A stretch of DNA of 61,584 bases, from assembly GCA_037916975.1 (NCBI GenBank), contig JBAIWX010000009.1, positions 1-61,584 on the forward strand. Reading direction: 5' to 3'. A model generated the notes under the pieces. The model was not told the origin of the DNA, searched no databases, and saw only the letters and a list, made by a program, of their open reading frames with translations. The first letter of the stretch is position 1. Each line of letters opens with the position of its first letter. The translations under genes and the position numbers were made by a program. This document shows, in pieces, positions 44,437-52,436 of this stretch. The DNA comes from Gemmatimonadales bacterium. GTDB taxonomy: Bacteria; Gemmatimonadota; Gemmatimonadetes; Gemmatimonadales; GWC2-71-9.

Positions 44437-44835
44437 ATGGCCGAGCTGGATTCGATGGAGTCGGGCTGGCAGAGTGCAGGGTGGATGGACGAATTCCCGG
44501 GCTCGTCCGAGCCGGCACCGCCGCCGCCCCCACCCGCTCCGGCTCCCGCGCCGGTGATGGCGCCCGCCGCCCCGGCTGCGCCCCGGGCCCCGGCCAAGCC
44601 CAAGGCGAAGGCGAAGCCCAAGGCCAAGCCCGCGCCGAAGAAGGCGGCCAAGAAGGCCGTGAAGAAGGCGGCGAAGAAGGCAGCGAAGAAGACCGCCAGG
44701 AAGGCGGCCAAGAAGACGGCGAAGAAGGCCGCGAAGAAGGCGGCGAAGAAGTCGGCCAAGAAGGCCGCGAAGAAGGCCACCAAGAAGACGGCGAAGAAGG
44801 CCGCCAAGCCGAAGAAGAAGGGCAAGAAGCGCTAG
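44437..44835 (+). CDS. Histone-H1-like Lys/Ala-repeat protein
   Basis: ATG follows GAAGGAG. The order is an acidic Trp-containing head (MAELDSMESGWQSAGWMDEF), a Pro/Ala linker, a PKAKAK segment, then (KKxAKKxA)x7 and KPKKKGKKR. Confidence 0.8.
   Translation: MAELDSMESGWQSAGWMDEFPGSSEPAPPPPPPAPAPAPVMAPAAPAAPRAPAKPKAKAKPKAKPAPKKAAKKAVKKAAKKAAKKTARKAAKKTAKKAAKKAAKKSAKKAAKKATKKTAKKAAKPKKKGKKR
44638..44808 (+). repeat. In-frame tandem repeat, 24-nt (8-codon) period x7, encoding KKAAKKAV-type units
   Basis: KKAAKKAV KKAAKKAA KKTARKAA KKTAKKAA KKAAKKSA KKAAKKAT KKTAKKAA, read directly from the sequence. Confidence 0.85.
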
Positions 44836-44861
44836 GCGCCGGCCTCCCGCCGGTCCGTCCC

Positions 44862-44892
44862 GGGCGCCCTGGCCGTCGCGGCCGGGGCGCCC
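44862..44892 (+). terminator. 14-bp GC hairpin after the H1-like gene
   Basis: GGGCGCCCUGGCCG-UCG-CGGCCGGGGCGCCC (one G-U pair), located 27 nt after the stop. Confidence 0.55.
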
Positions 44893-44963
44893 GCGTCGTT
44901 CCCCCGGGCTTGCATCGCCGGGCCGGACCGGTGACCTTCCCCGGGTCCCGAGCCCTTAAACCC

Positions 44964-45443
44964 ATGTCCCTCCGACGTTTCGCGCCCCTCGTGGCCCTCC
45001 TGGCCGCGTGCCACAAGGCTCCCGCGGTGTCGGTGGATCCGTCGCCGAAGAGCCTCGACCCCGTGCGCCTCACCGAGGTGCTCGCCGAGCAGTTCACGCG
45101 TTCGGCCGACGCGTGGAACCGCGGCGACCTCGACGCCTTCGTCGGCGATTACGCGGCGGACAGCGCGACGACGTTCATGGACGGCCGCCGTCCGCAGCAC
45201 GGCCTCGCCTGGATCCGCGCGCACTACGCGCCGCTCTTCCAGCCGGGGGCGAAGCGCGACAGCCTCCGGTTCGAGGAGTTCACCGCGCGCCCGCTCGGCA
45301 CCACCTGGGCGCTCGTCACGGCGCGCTACATCCTCTACCGGAACGGCGCCACGACCGCCAGCGGCCCCTTCACGCTCGTGATGGAGGAGCGCCCCGAGGG
45401 CTGGAGGATCCTGCATGACCATTCGTCGAGCGATCCGCGCTAG
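44964..45443 (+). CDS. SnoaL-like / DUF4440 (NTF2-fold) lipoprotein
   Basis: MSLRRFAPLVALLAAC (lipobox), FTRSADAWNRGDLDAFVGDYA, GWRILHDHSS. Confidence 0.7.
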   Translation: MSLRRFAPLVALLAACHKAPAVSVDPSPKSLDPVRLTEVLAEQFTRSADAWNRGDLDAFVGDYAADSATTFMDGRRPQHGLAWIRAHYAPLFQPGAKRDSLRFEEFTARPLGTTWALVTARYILYRNGATTASGPFTLVMEERPEGWRILHDHSSSDPR

Positions 45444-46782
45444 CGCGCTGGCGCTCGCGGCCCTGCTCGGGCTCGCGGGCTGCCGGAAGCTTCCCCCCAC
45501 GGGCGTGGCGCTCGTGGGGGTCACGGTGTTCGACGGCACCGGCGCCCCGCCGAAGCGCGACATGGTCGTCGTGGCGCGGAACGACGTGATCGAGGCCATC
45601 GTCCCGCGCGACGGCTTCAAGCTCCCCGCGCGCACCCTCGAGGTGGACGCCGCGGGCCAGTTCGTGCTCCCGGGACTCATCGATTCGCACGTGCACGCGG
45701 CGCCGTGGACGCTGCCGCGGTTCCTCGCCTACGGGGTCACCGCCGTCCGCGACGTGCACGGCCCGCTCGACTCGGTGCTCGCCCTCCGCGAGCACGCCGC
45801 GCTCGGCACGCTGCGGGCGCCGCGCATCTACGCCGCCGGCGCCATGATCGACGCCGCGCCTGCCACGTACCCGGACGCGCTCGCCGCCGCGGACGCCAAC
45901 GCCGCGCGGAAGGCGGTGGACCGCCTCGCGGTGGCGGGCGTGGACTACGTGAAGGTGTACACGCGCGTCGCCCCGCCGATGATGCGCGCCATCCTCGACG
46001 AGGCGCAGACCTTCGGCCTCCGCGTCACGGCCCACCTGGGACTCACCGACGCGGTCACCGCCGGCGACCTCGGCGTGAAGGCGATCGAGCACCTGAGCGG
46101 CGTCCCCGAGGCGACGCTCGGCGACGCCGCCCCCATCTTCGCCGCGCACCGCAGCGGCTTCTTCCCCGGCTGGACCGCGTTCGAGCGCGCGTGGCCGGGA
46201 CTCGACTCGGCGGGGATGGCGCGGGTGGCGCAGCACCTCGTGAACGAGCGGGTGACGATGGTCCCGACGCTCGTGCTCCACGAGACCTTCAGCCACCTCG
46301 ACGACCCCTCGGCGCTCCAGGACCCGGACCTCGCCGCAGTCCCCGACTCCGAGATGACGAAGTGGAACGTCCCCGGGATGATCCAGCGCGCCGGCTGGGG
46401 CCCGAGCGACTTCGCCGCGTTCAAGGCGGCGCGGGCGAACCAGGACCTCTTCGTCCGCATCTACCGCGCGCTCGGCGGGCGGGTCGTCGCGGGCACGGAC
46501 GCGGCCAACCAGCTCCTCGTGCCGGGCGCGAGCCTGCACCGCGAGCTCGAGCTCCTCGTCGGCGCCGGCTTCTCCCCCGCCGACGCGATCCTCTCCGCGA
46601 CGCGCGACGCGGCCCAGCTCCTCGGTGCCGACTCCATCGGCACCCTCGCCCCGGGCAAGAAGGCGGACCTCGTGGTGCTCCGCGAGAACCCGCTCACCGA
46701 CATCCGCAAGACGCGCGAGATCAGCTGGGTGATGGCGCGCGGCCTCCTCATGCCGGCGGACTCGCTCCGGAAGCGCTGGTAG
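45415..46782 (+). CDS. Amidohydrolase family protein (lipoprotein)
   Basis: Lipobox LLGLAGC, metal motif LPGLIDSHVHA, and GVDYVKVY, AHLG, GTDA. There is a 29-nt overlap with the upstream gene. Confidence 0.85.
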   Translation: MTIRRAIRASALALAALLGLAGCRKLPPTGVALVGVTVFDGTGAPPKRDMVVVARNDVIEAIVPRDGFKLPARTLEVDAAGQFVLPGLIDSHVHAAPWTLPRFLAYGVTAVRDVHGPLDSVLALREHAALGTLRAPRIYAAGAMIDAAPATYPDALAAADANAARKAVDRLAVAGVDYVKVYTRVAPPMMRAILDEAQTFGLRVTAHLGLTDAVTAGDLGVKAIEHLSGVPEATLGDAAPIFAAHRSGFFPGWTAFERAWPGLDSAGMARVAQHLVNERVTMVPTLVLHETFSHLDDPSALQDPDLAAVPDSEMTKWNVPGMIQRAGWGPSDFAAFKAARANQDLFVRIYRALGGRVVAGTDAANQLLVPGASLHRELELLVGAGFSPADAILSATRDAAQLLGADSIGTLAPGKKADLVVLRENPLTDIRKTREISWVMARGLLMPADSLRKRW

Positions 46783-46787
46783 CACGG

Positions 46788-47126
46788 ATGTCGTTCGGGC
46801 GCGTCGCGCTCGGCTGGCTCGCCGTGGCCGCCTGGTTCCTCCTCGCCGACCGCCTCACCGGCCGCCTCCGCGGCGAGACGGCGACGCCCGCGTGGGTGCC
46901 GCCCGCGGAAGCGGCGTTCTTCACGCTCTTCGCGACGCTCTGGCTCGCGAGCCTGGGCGGCGGCACCCCCTGGCTCGTCTTCCCGCTGCTCGCGCTCGTC
47001 GCCGACACGGCGCCCCGGCTCCGGAGCGCGGAGGAGCGGCGCAAGCCGGCCCGCGTCGCCGTGCGGGCCGCGGTCGCCGCGATCCGTTTCGTCGTGGCGG
47101 GCCTCCTCCTCGGCTGGATCACGTGA
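46788..47126 (+). CDS. Small membrane protein (112 aa, about 4 TM segments)
   Basis: MSFGRVALGWLAVAAWFLLADRL...; hydrophobic segments throughout. It is the C-terminal part of the spurious ORF 45705..47126. Confidence 0.5.
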   Translation: MSFGRVALGWLAVAAWFLLADRLTGRLRGETATPAWVPPAEAAFFTLFATLWLASLGGGTPWLVFPLLALVADTAPRLRSAEERRKPARVAVRAAVAAIRFVVAGLLLGWIT

Positions 47127-48016
47127 GCGCCGTCGCGGCGGCCGCCGAACGCGCCGCGGCGTTCCTCGCCCGCCTCCCCACCCGTCAGGGGCTCCTGGCC
47201 CGCGCGCGCCTGGGCGCCCCCGACCCGGGCGATGCGGCGCTCCGCGCCACGCTCGTCCAGCGCTGCACGCGGGAGGTGCGGCCGGACGGGAGCGTCGGCG
47301 CGAGCCTCCTCGCCACCGCCTGGACCGCCCTCGAGCTCATGGACCTGGGCGTCGCCGCGACGGAGCAGCCGACCGCGCGCCTCGTCGCCTGGCTCCTCGC
47401 GCAGCAGGGCCGCCCCGGTGGCTTCGACGGGACGCTCGGCGAGAGTGGCCCGCTCGCGCACGAGATCGGCACGCTTCCCGGCGGCTTCTTCGCGCCGGCC
47501 GCCCCCGACCAGCGGGTGGCGCCGCTCACCCTCCCCACGGGGAAGACCTTCCGCGCCGAGGCGGCGGCCCGCTTCGCCGCGAGCGCGCTGGCGCTCCGCG
47601 CGGTGCTCCGCGCCGGCCTCGGCCCGCGCGAGCAGGTGCGGCTCCACCTGCAGAGCTTCCAGCGGCTCGGCCGCCACTTCCGGGCGTGGGAGCCGGGCTT
47701 CTTCGCGCCGGACGTGATCGCCTGCGCGGTCGCGCCGCTCGCGGTGGCGGGGACGCAGTGGCGGGAGACGCTCCTCCCGCTCGTGACCTTCGTGGCGGGG
47801 CACCAGGGGGCGGACGGGGAGTGGCCCCACGCCGAGCTCTTCCACGTGCTGGAGGGGCTGCTGCTCGCCGACGCGCCGGATGCGCGCGCGGCGGTGGCGC
47901 GGGCGGTGCCGGCGCTGCTCGCGCGGCAGAAGGGGGACGGGAGCTTCGGCGGGCCCGCGCGCGAGGAACGGGCGTGGATCGGCTGGCAGGCGCTCGAACT
48001 GGCGGCGCGGCGCTAG
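47123..48016 (+). CDS. Prenyltransferase / terpene-cyclase-like alpha-alpha toroid repeat protein
   Basis: GTGA overlap with the upstream gene. It has repeated QW-like motifs: LLAQQGRPGGFDG, VAGHQGADGEWPH, LLARQKGDGSFGG and REVRPDGSVGA. Confidence 0.55.
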   Translation: MSAVAAAAERAAAFLARLPTRQGLLARARLGAPDPGDAALRATLVQRCTREVRPDGSVGASLLATAWTALELMDLGVAATEQPTARLVAWLLAQQGRPGGFDGTLGESGPLAHEIGTLPGGFFAPAAPDQRVAPLTLPTGKTFRAEAAARFAASALALRAVLRAGLGPREQVRLHLQSFQRLGRHFRAWEPGFFAPDVIACAVAPLAVAGTQWRETLLPLVTFVAGHQGADGEWPHAELFHVLEGLLLADAPDARAAVARAVPALLARQKGDGSFGGPAREERAWIGWQALELAARR

Positions 48017-48020
48017 CGCC

Positions 48021-48920
48021 TCACGCGGCCACCACGCCGGCCGCCCGCAGCACCCACCACACGCCCACCACCACGCCCGCGGCGCCGACCAGGCGCGCCG
48101 CCAGCCGGCCCCACGCGAGCGACCGCTCCGCCGCCTGCCGCATGGCGAGCGCCGCCACGGACGCGAAGAGCGTCATCCCCACGATCGTCCCGCACCCGAA
48201 GGCGAGCAGGTAGCCGAGCCCGAGCCCCTTGCTCCGGAGCAGGGTCACGGGGAGGAGCGCCACCACGGCGCTCGTCCCCGCGAGGCCGTGCATCAGCCCC
48301 ACGAGGGTGATCCCCTGGTGGTCGTGCGCGTGGCCGCCGGGGCCGTGGCGGTGGGGATGGTGCGGGTCGTGGCGGGCGTCGTGCGCGTGGGCCGGCGCGT
48401 GCTCGTGCGGGTGCGGGTGCGGGTGGCCGGCCGCGGCGTGGTCGTGCCCGTGGCCGGGCGCGTCGGGATGGTGGTGCCCCGCGTCGTCGTGCGGGTGATG
48501 GTGCGCCGAGCCGTCGTGGTGGTGGTGCGCGTGCTCGTGCGCGGGGTCGCCGGGATGCGCGTGGAGGTGGGCGTGGCCGCCGTGCCCGGCGGGGTCGTGC
48601 AGGTGGAGCCGCGCCGCGGAGCGGAACGCCCAGAGGCCGAGCCCGACGAGCATGAGGCCGACGACGCCCTCGCCGAGCGCGTCGAGCCGGTCGGGGAGCC
48701 GGAGGCCGGTCACGAGCAGCACGCCGCCGGCGAGGAGCACCGCCGCCGAGTGCCCCACGCCCCAGCGGAAGCCGAAGTTCGCCGCGGTGGCGAGGGCCGG
48801 CCGCCGCGTGACGAACGCCGTCACCGCCAGCATGTGGTCCACCTCGAGGGCGTGCAGGAAGCCGAGCAGGCACGCCGTGCCGAGCACCACCAGGGATTCC
48901 ACCGTCACCCTCCGCCGCAC
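48021..48920 (-). CDS. NicO/RcnA-like nickel/cobalt transporter with a very long His-rich loop
   Basis: It has TM segments, LHALEVDHM, FRWGVGHS and GLMHGLAGTSA. The central loop has 38 His in residues 106-201. Confidence 0.7.
   Translation of the reverse strand: MRRRVTVESLVVLGTACLLGFLHALEVDHMLAVTAFVTRRPALATAANFGFRWGVGHSAAVLLAGGVLLVTGLRLPDRLDALGEGVVGLMLVGLGLWAFRSAARLHLHDPAGHGGHAHLHAHPGDPAHEHAHHHHDGSAHHHPHDDAGHHHPDAPGHGHDHAAAGHPHPHPHEHAPAHAHDARHDPHHPHRHGPGGHAHDHQGITLVGLMHGLAGTSAVVALLPVTLLRSKGLGLGYLLAFGCGTIVGMTLFASVAALAMRQAAERSLAWGRLAARLVGAAGVVVGVWWVLRAAGVVAA
48318..48608 (-). repeat. Low-complexity coding region (His/Pro/Ala/Gly/Asp) of the transporter loop
   Basis: HLHDPAGHGGHAHLHAHPGDPAHEHAHHHHDGSAHHHPHDDAGHHHPDAPGHGHDHAAAGHPHPHPHEHAPAHAHDARHDPHHPHRHGPGGHAHDH. 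Confidence 0.8.
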
Positions 48921-48955
48921 TGCGTTATCTTCGGGCCGTCCCGGCCCTCGCTCCC

Positions 48956-50035
48956 ATGTCCGACACGCCCCGCGACCAGCGGCCCGCGATCCGGCTCTCG
49001 AGCCTCTCCCACGGCGCCGGCTGAGCCTGCAAGCTCGGGCTCGCCGAGTTGACGCACGTGTTGCGTCAGGTGCCGGGGATCGCCGACGACCGCGTCCTGG
49101 TGGATGCCTCCACCCGCGACGACGCGGCGGTGTACCGGATCGCGCCCGACCGGGCGCTCGTGGCCACGGTGGACTTCTTCACGCCGATCGTGGACGATCC
49201 CGGCACGTGGGGCGCCATCGCCGCCGCGAACGCGCTGAGCGACGTCTACGCGATGGGCGGGACCCCGCTCTTCGCGCTCAATATCGCGGGGTGGCCGCGC
49301 GAGCGGCTCCCCCTCGAGCTGCTGGGCGAGGTGATCGCGGGCGCCGGCCGCGTGGCGCGCGCCGCGGGGTGCCTCGTGCTCGGCGGCCACACCGTGGACG
49401 ATCCCGAGCCCAAGTTCGGGATGGCGGTGACCGGCGAGGTGCACCCCGACCGGATGCTCGTGAACGCCGCCGCGCGCCCCGGCGACCGGCTCGTGCTCAC
49501 CAAGCCGCTCGGCACCGGGATCCTCACCACCGCGTTCAAGCGGGACGCGATCGGCGAGGCGGACCTCGCCGCCGCGGTGGCGAGCATGACGGCGCTCAAC
49601 GCCGGCGCCGCGCGCGCCGCGGTGGCGACCGGCCTCCGCGCCGCCACCGACGTGACGGGGTTCGGCCTCCTGGGCCACCTGGGCGGGATGCTCGAGGCGA
49701 GCGGCGCCGCCGCCGAGCTCGCAATCGACGCGCTGCCGCTCCTCGCGGGTGCCCTCGACCTCGCAGGGCGGGGCTTCGTGCCGGGCGGCACGCGCCGGAA
49801 CCTCGAGGCGGCGCGCGTCACGTGGGACCCGTCGCTCGGCGAGGCGGAGCGGCTGCTCGCCGCCGACGCGCAGACCTCGGGCGGGCTCCTGCTCGCGGTG
49901 CCGCCGGCGCGGCTCGACGCGCTGCTCGCCGCGCTCGCCACCGAGGGGACGCTGGCGCGCGCGGTGATCGGCCGCGTGGTCGCGGGCGAGCCCGGCCGCA
50001 TCACGGTGCGGCGCACCATCGACCCGGTAAGCTAG
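48956..50035 (+). CDS. selD: Selenide, water dikinase (selenophosphate synthetase) with in-frame UGA (Sec) at codon 23
   Basis: ATG 48956 gives MSDTPRDQRPAIRLSSLSHGAG-[TGA 49022..49024]-ACKLGLAELTHVLRQV..., in frame with track ORF 49049..50035. The rest is colinear with SelD: TRDDAAVY, VDFFTPIVDDP, SDVYAMGG, GGHTVDD, TDVTGFGLLGH, QTSGGLL. Confidence 0.85.
49032..49068 (+). promoter_or_regulatory. Candidate bacterial SECIS region (two adjacent hairpins downstream of the UGA)
   Basis: Hairpin 1 (49032..49050) is AGCUCGG-GCUCG-CCGAGUU. Hairpin 2 (49050..49068) is UGACGCA-CGUGU-UGCGUCA, a perfect 7-bp stem with G/U residues in the loop. Confidence 0.5.
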
Positions 50036-50052
50036 CGAGGCATCGCTCCCGC

Positions 50053-50280
50053 ATGTCGCCCGTCCGCTGGACCCCCGAGATGATGGACCGCCTCGAGCAG
50101 GCCGCCCGCCGGGGGCTGCGCGTCCAGGTGTCGCGCCGCGGCACCGAGTACGTCGTCGTCGCGCGCGCGGTGCGGAGCGTCGGCCGCGACGAGGCGCTGG
50201 TCGGCTTCCTCCCCATGACCGGCGAGGAGCTCACCTTCCGCCTCGCCGACCTCGACGACTTCCAGGTGCTCGGCACGTGA
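50053..50280 (+). CDS. Small hypothetical protein (75 aa)
   Basis: MSPVRWTPEMMDRLEQAARRGLRVQVSRRGTEYVVVARAVRSVGRDEALVGFLPMTGEELTFRLADLDDFQVLGT. Its stop overlaps the rnhA GTG. Confidence 0.5.
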   Translation: MSPVRWTPEMMDRLEQAARRGLRVQVSRRGTEYVVVARAVRSVGRDEALVGFLPMTGEELTFRLADLDDFQVLGT

Positions 50281-50897
50281 GCGGGCCCGTCGTGGTCCAC
50301 CTCGACGAGAGCTGCCTCGGGAACGGCCAGGAGGGGAGCAACCCCGGCGGGGCGGGCGGGCTCGTGGAGGTGCGGACGAAGGCAGGCGTCGTCCGCCGCG
50401 ACTTCTTCCTGCACGCCCCCGCCACGACCAACAACCGGATGGCGCTCCGCGGCGCCATCGAGGTGCTCGACCTCCTCGGCCGGAAGGGGGCGCGGCTCCA
50501 CGTCCTCTGCGTCTCCGACTCGGAGTACCTCGTGAAGGGACTCCGCGAGTGGGCGCCGGGGTGGGAGGCGCGCGGCTGGCGGCGGAAGGGCGGCGCGATC
50601 GAGAACCTGGAGCTCTGGCAGGACCTCGTCCGCCTCGCGCGGCAGCACGACGCGCAGTGGACCTGGGTGCGCGGGCACAAGGGCCACGCGAAGAACGAGT
50701 ACGCCAACGACCTCGCCATCCGCGCGGCGCGCACCCAGGCGAGTTCCGCCGGGCTCGTCGAGTCGGGCTTCGGCGAGTGGCTGGCCGCGAAGCGGAAGCA
50801 GGCCCTCTACCTCGCCTACGACCCCGACGAGAGCTTCACGGCGATCGAGGCGCGCCTCGCCCGCGGCGAGCGCTGGCCGCTCCGCGAGGGGCGCTAG
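50277..50897 (+). CDS. rnhA: Ribonuclease HI with a C-terminal extension of about 55 aa
   Basis: VVHLDESCLGNG (catalytic Asp), NNRMALRGAIEVL (Glu), CVSDSEY (Asp), VRGHKGHAKNEYANDLA. Confidence 0.85.
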   Translation: MSGPVVVHLDESCLGNGQEGSNPGGAGGLVEVRTKAGVVRRDFFLHAPATTNNRMALRGAIEVLDLLGRKGARLHVLCVSDSEYLVKGLREWAPGWEARGWRRKGGAIENLELWQDLVRLARQHDAQWTWVRGHKGHAKNEYANDLAIRAARTQASSAGLVESGFGEWLAAKRKQALYLAYDPDESFTAIEARLARGERWPLREGR

Positions 50898-50974
50898 CGT
50901 CGCGGCCCCGCGCGCGCCTCGCTAGAATCCGGCTGGTTCGCGCGTCCCGACGTCCGGCCCCGCCCGGAGCCCCG

Positions 50975-51754
50975 ATGACCGACCTCGACCGCCTCTTCCG
51001 CCACCTCGTGAGCGTGCTGGCGCAGCGCGACCCCGCGCGGCTCCACCAGCCCATCGCGCTCGGCGAGCTCACCGGCACCATCCTGCCCTACCGGGCCGCG
51101 CGCCGCGCGCTCGGCGTGGACACGAGCGAGGACTACGAGCTCCTCGTGATGCGCCTCGCGAGCGGGGAGCGCGAACTGGTGGCCACGGAGCCGGAGACCG
51201 TCCGCGCGCGCTTCGCCGACGAGGCGCGGAACGCGAATCCCGACCTGGGGCTCCTGCGCGAGTTCCGCGACGCCACCCTCCGCCTCCGGACCGAGCCGCT
51301 CGCCTATGCGCTGGGCGGGAGCGCGGACGAGCGCGCCTTCGCGCCGCCGGAACCGCCCACGGAATCGGGGGTCGGCGCACCGCCGTGGGGGGACCTCACC
51401 GAGCCCGCCGAGCCCGCGGAGCCGCCGGCGCCCTGGTCGCCACCCGCCGCGCCCGCGGCCGCATCGCCCGGCGGCGCGGCCGACGACCTGCCGCTCGATG
51501 CGGTGCGCCGCGTGCCGCCCACGCCGGCGCCGATGCCCGCGCCCCTCTCGCCGCGCGCCGTGCCCGCGCCGATCGCCCCGCCGGCGAACTGCGCCTTCTG
51601 TGGCGGCGCGCTCCCGCCGAAGCGGCGCGTCAACTTCTGCCCGCATTGCGGCGAGGCGCAGGCCACGGGACGCTGCCCCGACTGCCGGGCGGAGGTCGAG
51701 GTGGGGTGGCGGCACTGCGTCGGCTGCGGACGCGCCCTCGAGGCGCCGCACTGA
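50975..51754 (+). CDS. Hypothetical protein with a C-terminal double zinc ribbon
   Basis: Helical N-terminal domain, then a Pro/Ala-rich linker, then CAFCGG...CPHCG...CPDCR...CVGCG (four CxxC pairs). Confidence 0.7.
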   Translation: MTDLDRLFRHLVSVLAQRDPARLHQPIALGELTGTILPYRAARRALGVDTSEDYELLVMRLASGERELVATEPETVRARFADEARNANPDLGLLREFRDATLRLRTEPLAYALGGSADERAFAPPEPPTESGVGAPPWGDLTEPAEPAEPPAPWSPPAAPAAASPGGAADDLPLDAVRRVPPTPAPMPAPLSPRAVPAPIAPPANCAFCGGALPPKRRVNFCPHCGEAQATGRCPDCRAEVEVGWRHCVGCGRALEAPH

Positions 51755-51770
51755 GCGGAGGCCGCACACC

Positions 51771-52379
51771 ATGCCCGACCCGGCGATGTGGGACGAGCGG
51801 TTCAGCGAGCCGGCCTATGCGTACGGCACCGAGCCGAACGACTTCCTCCGGGAGGTGGCGCCGCGCATCCCGCGGGGCCGCGTCCTCTGCCTCGCCGAGG
51901 GGCAGGGCCGCAACGCGGTCTATCTCGCCTCGCTGGGCCACGACGTGACGGCCATGGACCTCTCCGCCGTCGGGCTCGCGCGGGCGCGCGAGCTCGCGGC
52001 CGCGAAGGGCGTGCGGATCGCCACGGTGCAGGCGGACCTCGCCGACTTCGTGATCGAGCCCGGGGCGTGGCAGGGGATCGTCGCGATCTTCATGCACCTG
52101 CCCCCCGACCTGCGCGCGCGCGTGCTCCGCGCGGCCGCGACGGGGCTCGCACCGGGCGGGGCGTTCGTGCAGGAGACGTACGGCCCCGCGCAGCCGCGCT
52201 ACGGCACGGGCGGCCCGCGCGAGCCGGACCGGCTCGCTTCGCTCGCCGAGATGCAGGCGCTGCTGCCGGGCCTCGAGTTCGCCGTGGCGCGCGAGGTGGA
52301 GCGGGACGTGGTCGAGGGCCCGCACCACACGGGCCGCTCGGCCACCGTGCAGCTCCTCGGCATCCGGCCGGGGCGCTGA
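51771..52379 (+). CDS. Class I SAM-dependent methyltransferase
   Basis: VLCLAEGQGRNAVYLASLGHDVTAMDLS (motif I), GIVAIFMHL, LAPGGAFV. Confidence 0.8.
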   Translation: MPDPAMWDERFSEPAYAYGTEPNDFLREVAPRIPRGRVLCLAEGQGRNAVYLASLGHDVTAMDLSAVGLARARELAAAKGVRIATVQADLADFVIEPGAWQGIVAIFMHLPPDLRARVLRAAATGLAPGGAFVQETYGPAQPRYGTGGPREPDRLASLAEMQALLPGLEFAVAREVERDVVEGPHHTGRSATVQLLGIRPGR

Positions 52380-52436
52380 GGGCGGCGCGCCGGCGCGGCG
52401 GCTCGTCGAACACCTCACCGGGCGGGTGACGCGCAG

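Noticed and set aside
44587-44832. Tandem repeats near 44.6 kb as a CRISPR array or non-coding VNTR.
   Set aside because: The period is 24 nt with no spacers. The repeats are in frame within an ORF that has an SD and encodes KKxA units, so they are coding repeats of an H1-like protein.
50053-50897. The small ORF plus RNase H as a toxin-antitoxin pair.
   Set aside because: The RNase HI has the standard housekeeping catalytic core, and the small ORF shows no antitoxin-like DNA-binding motif. Overlap alone is common throughout this window.
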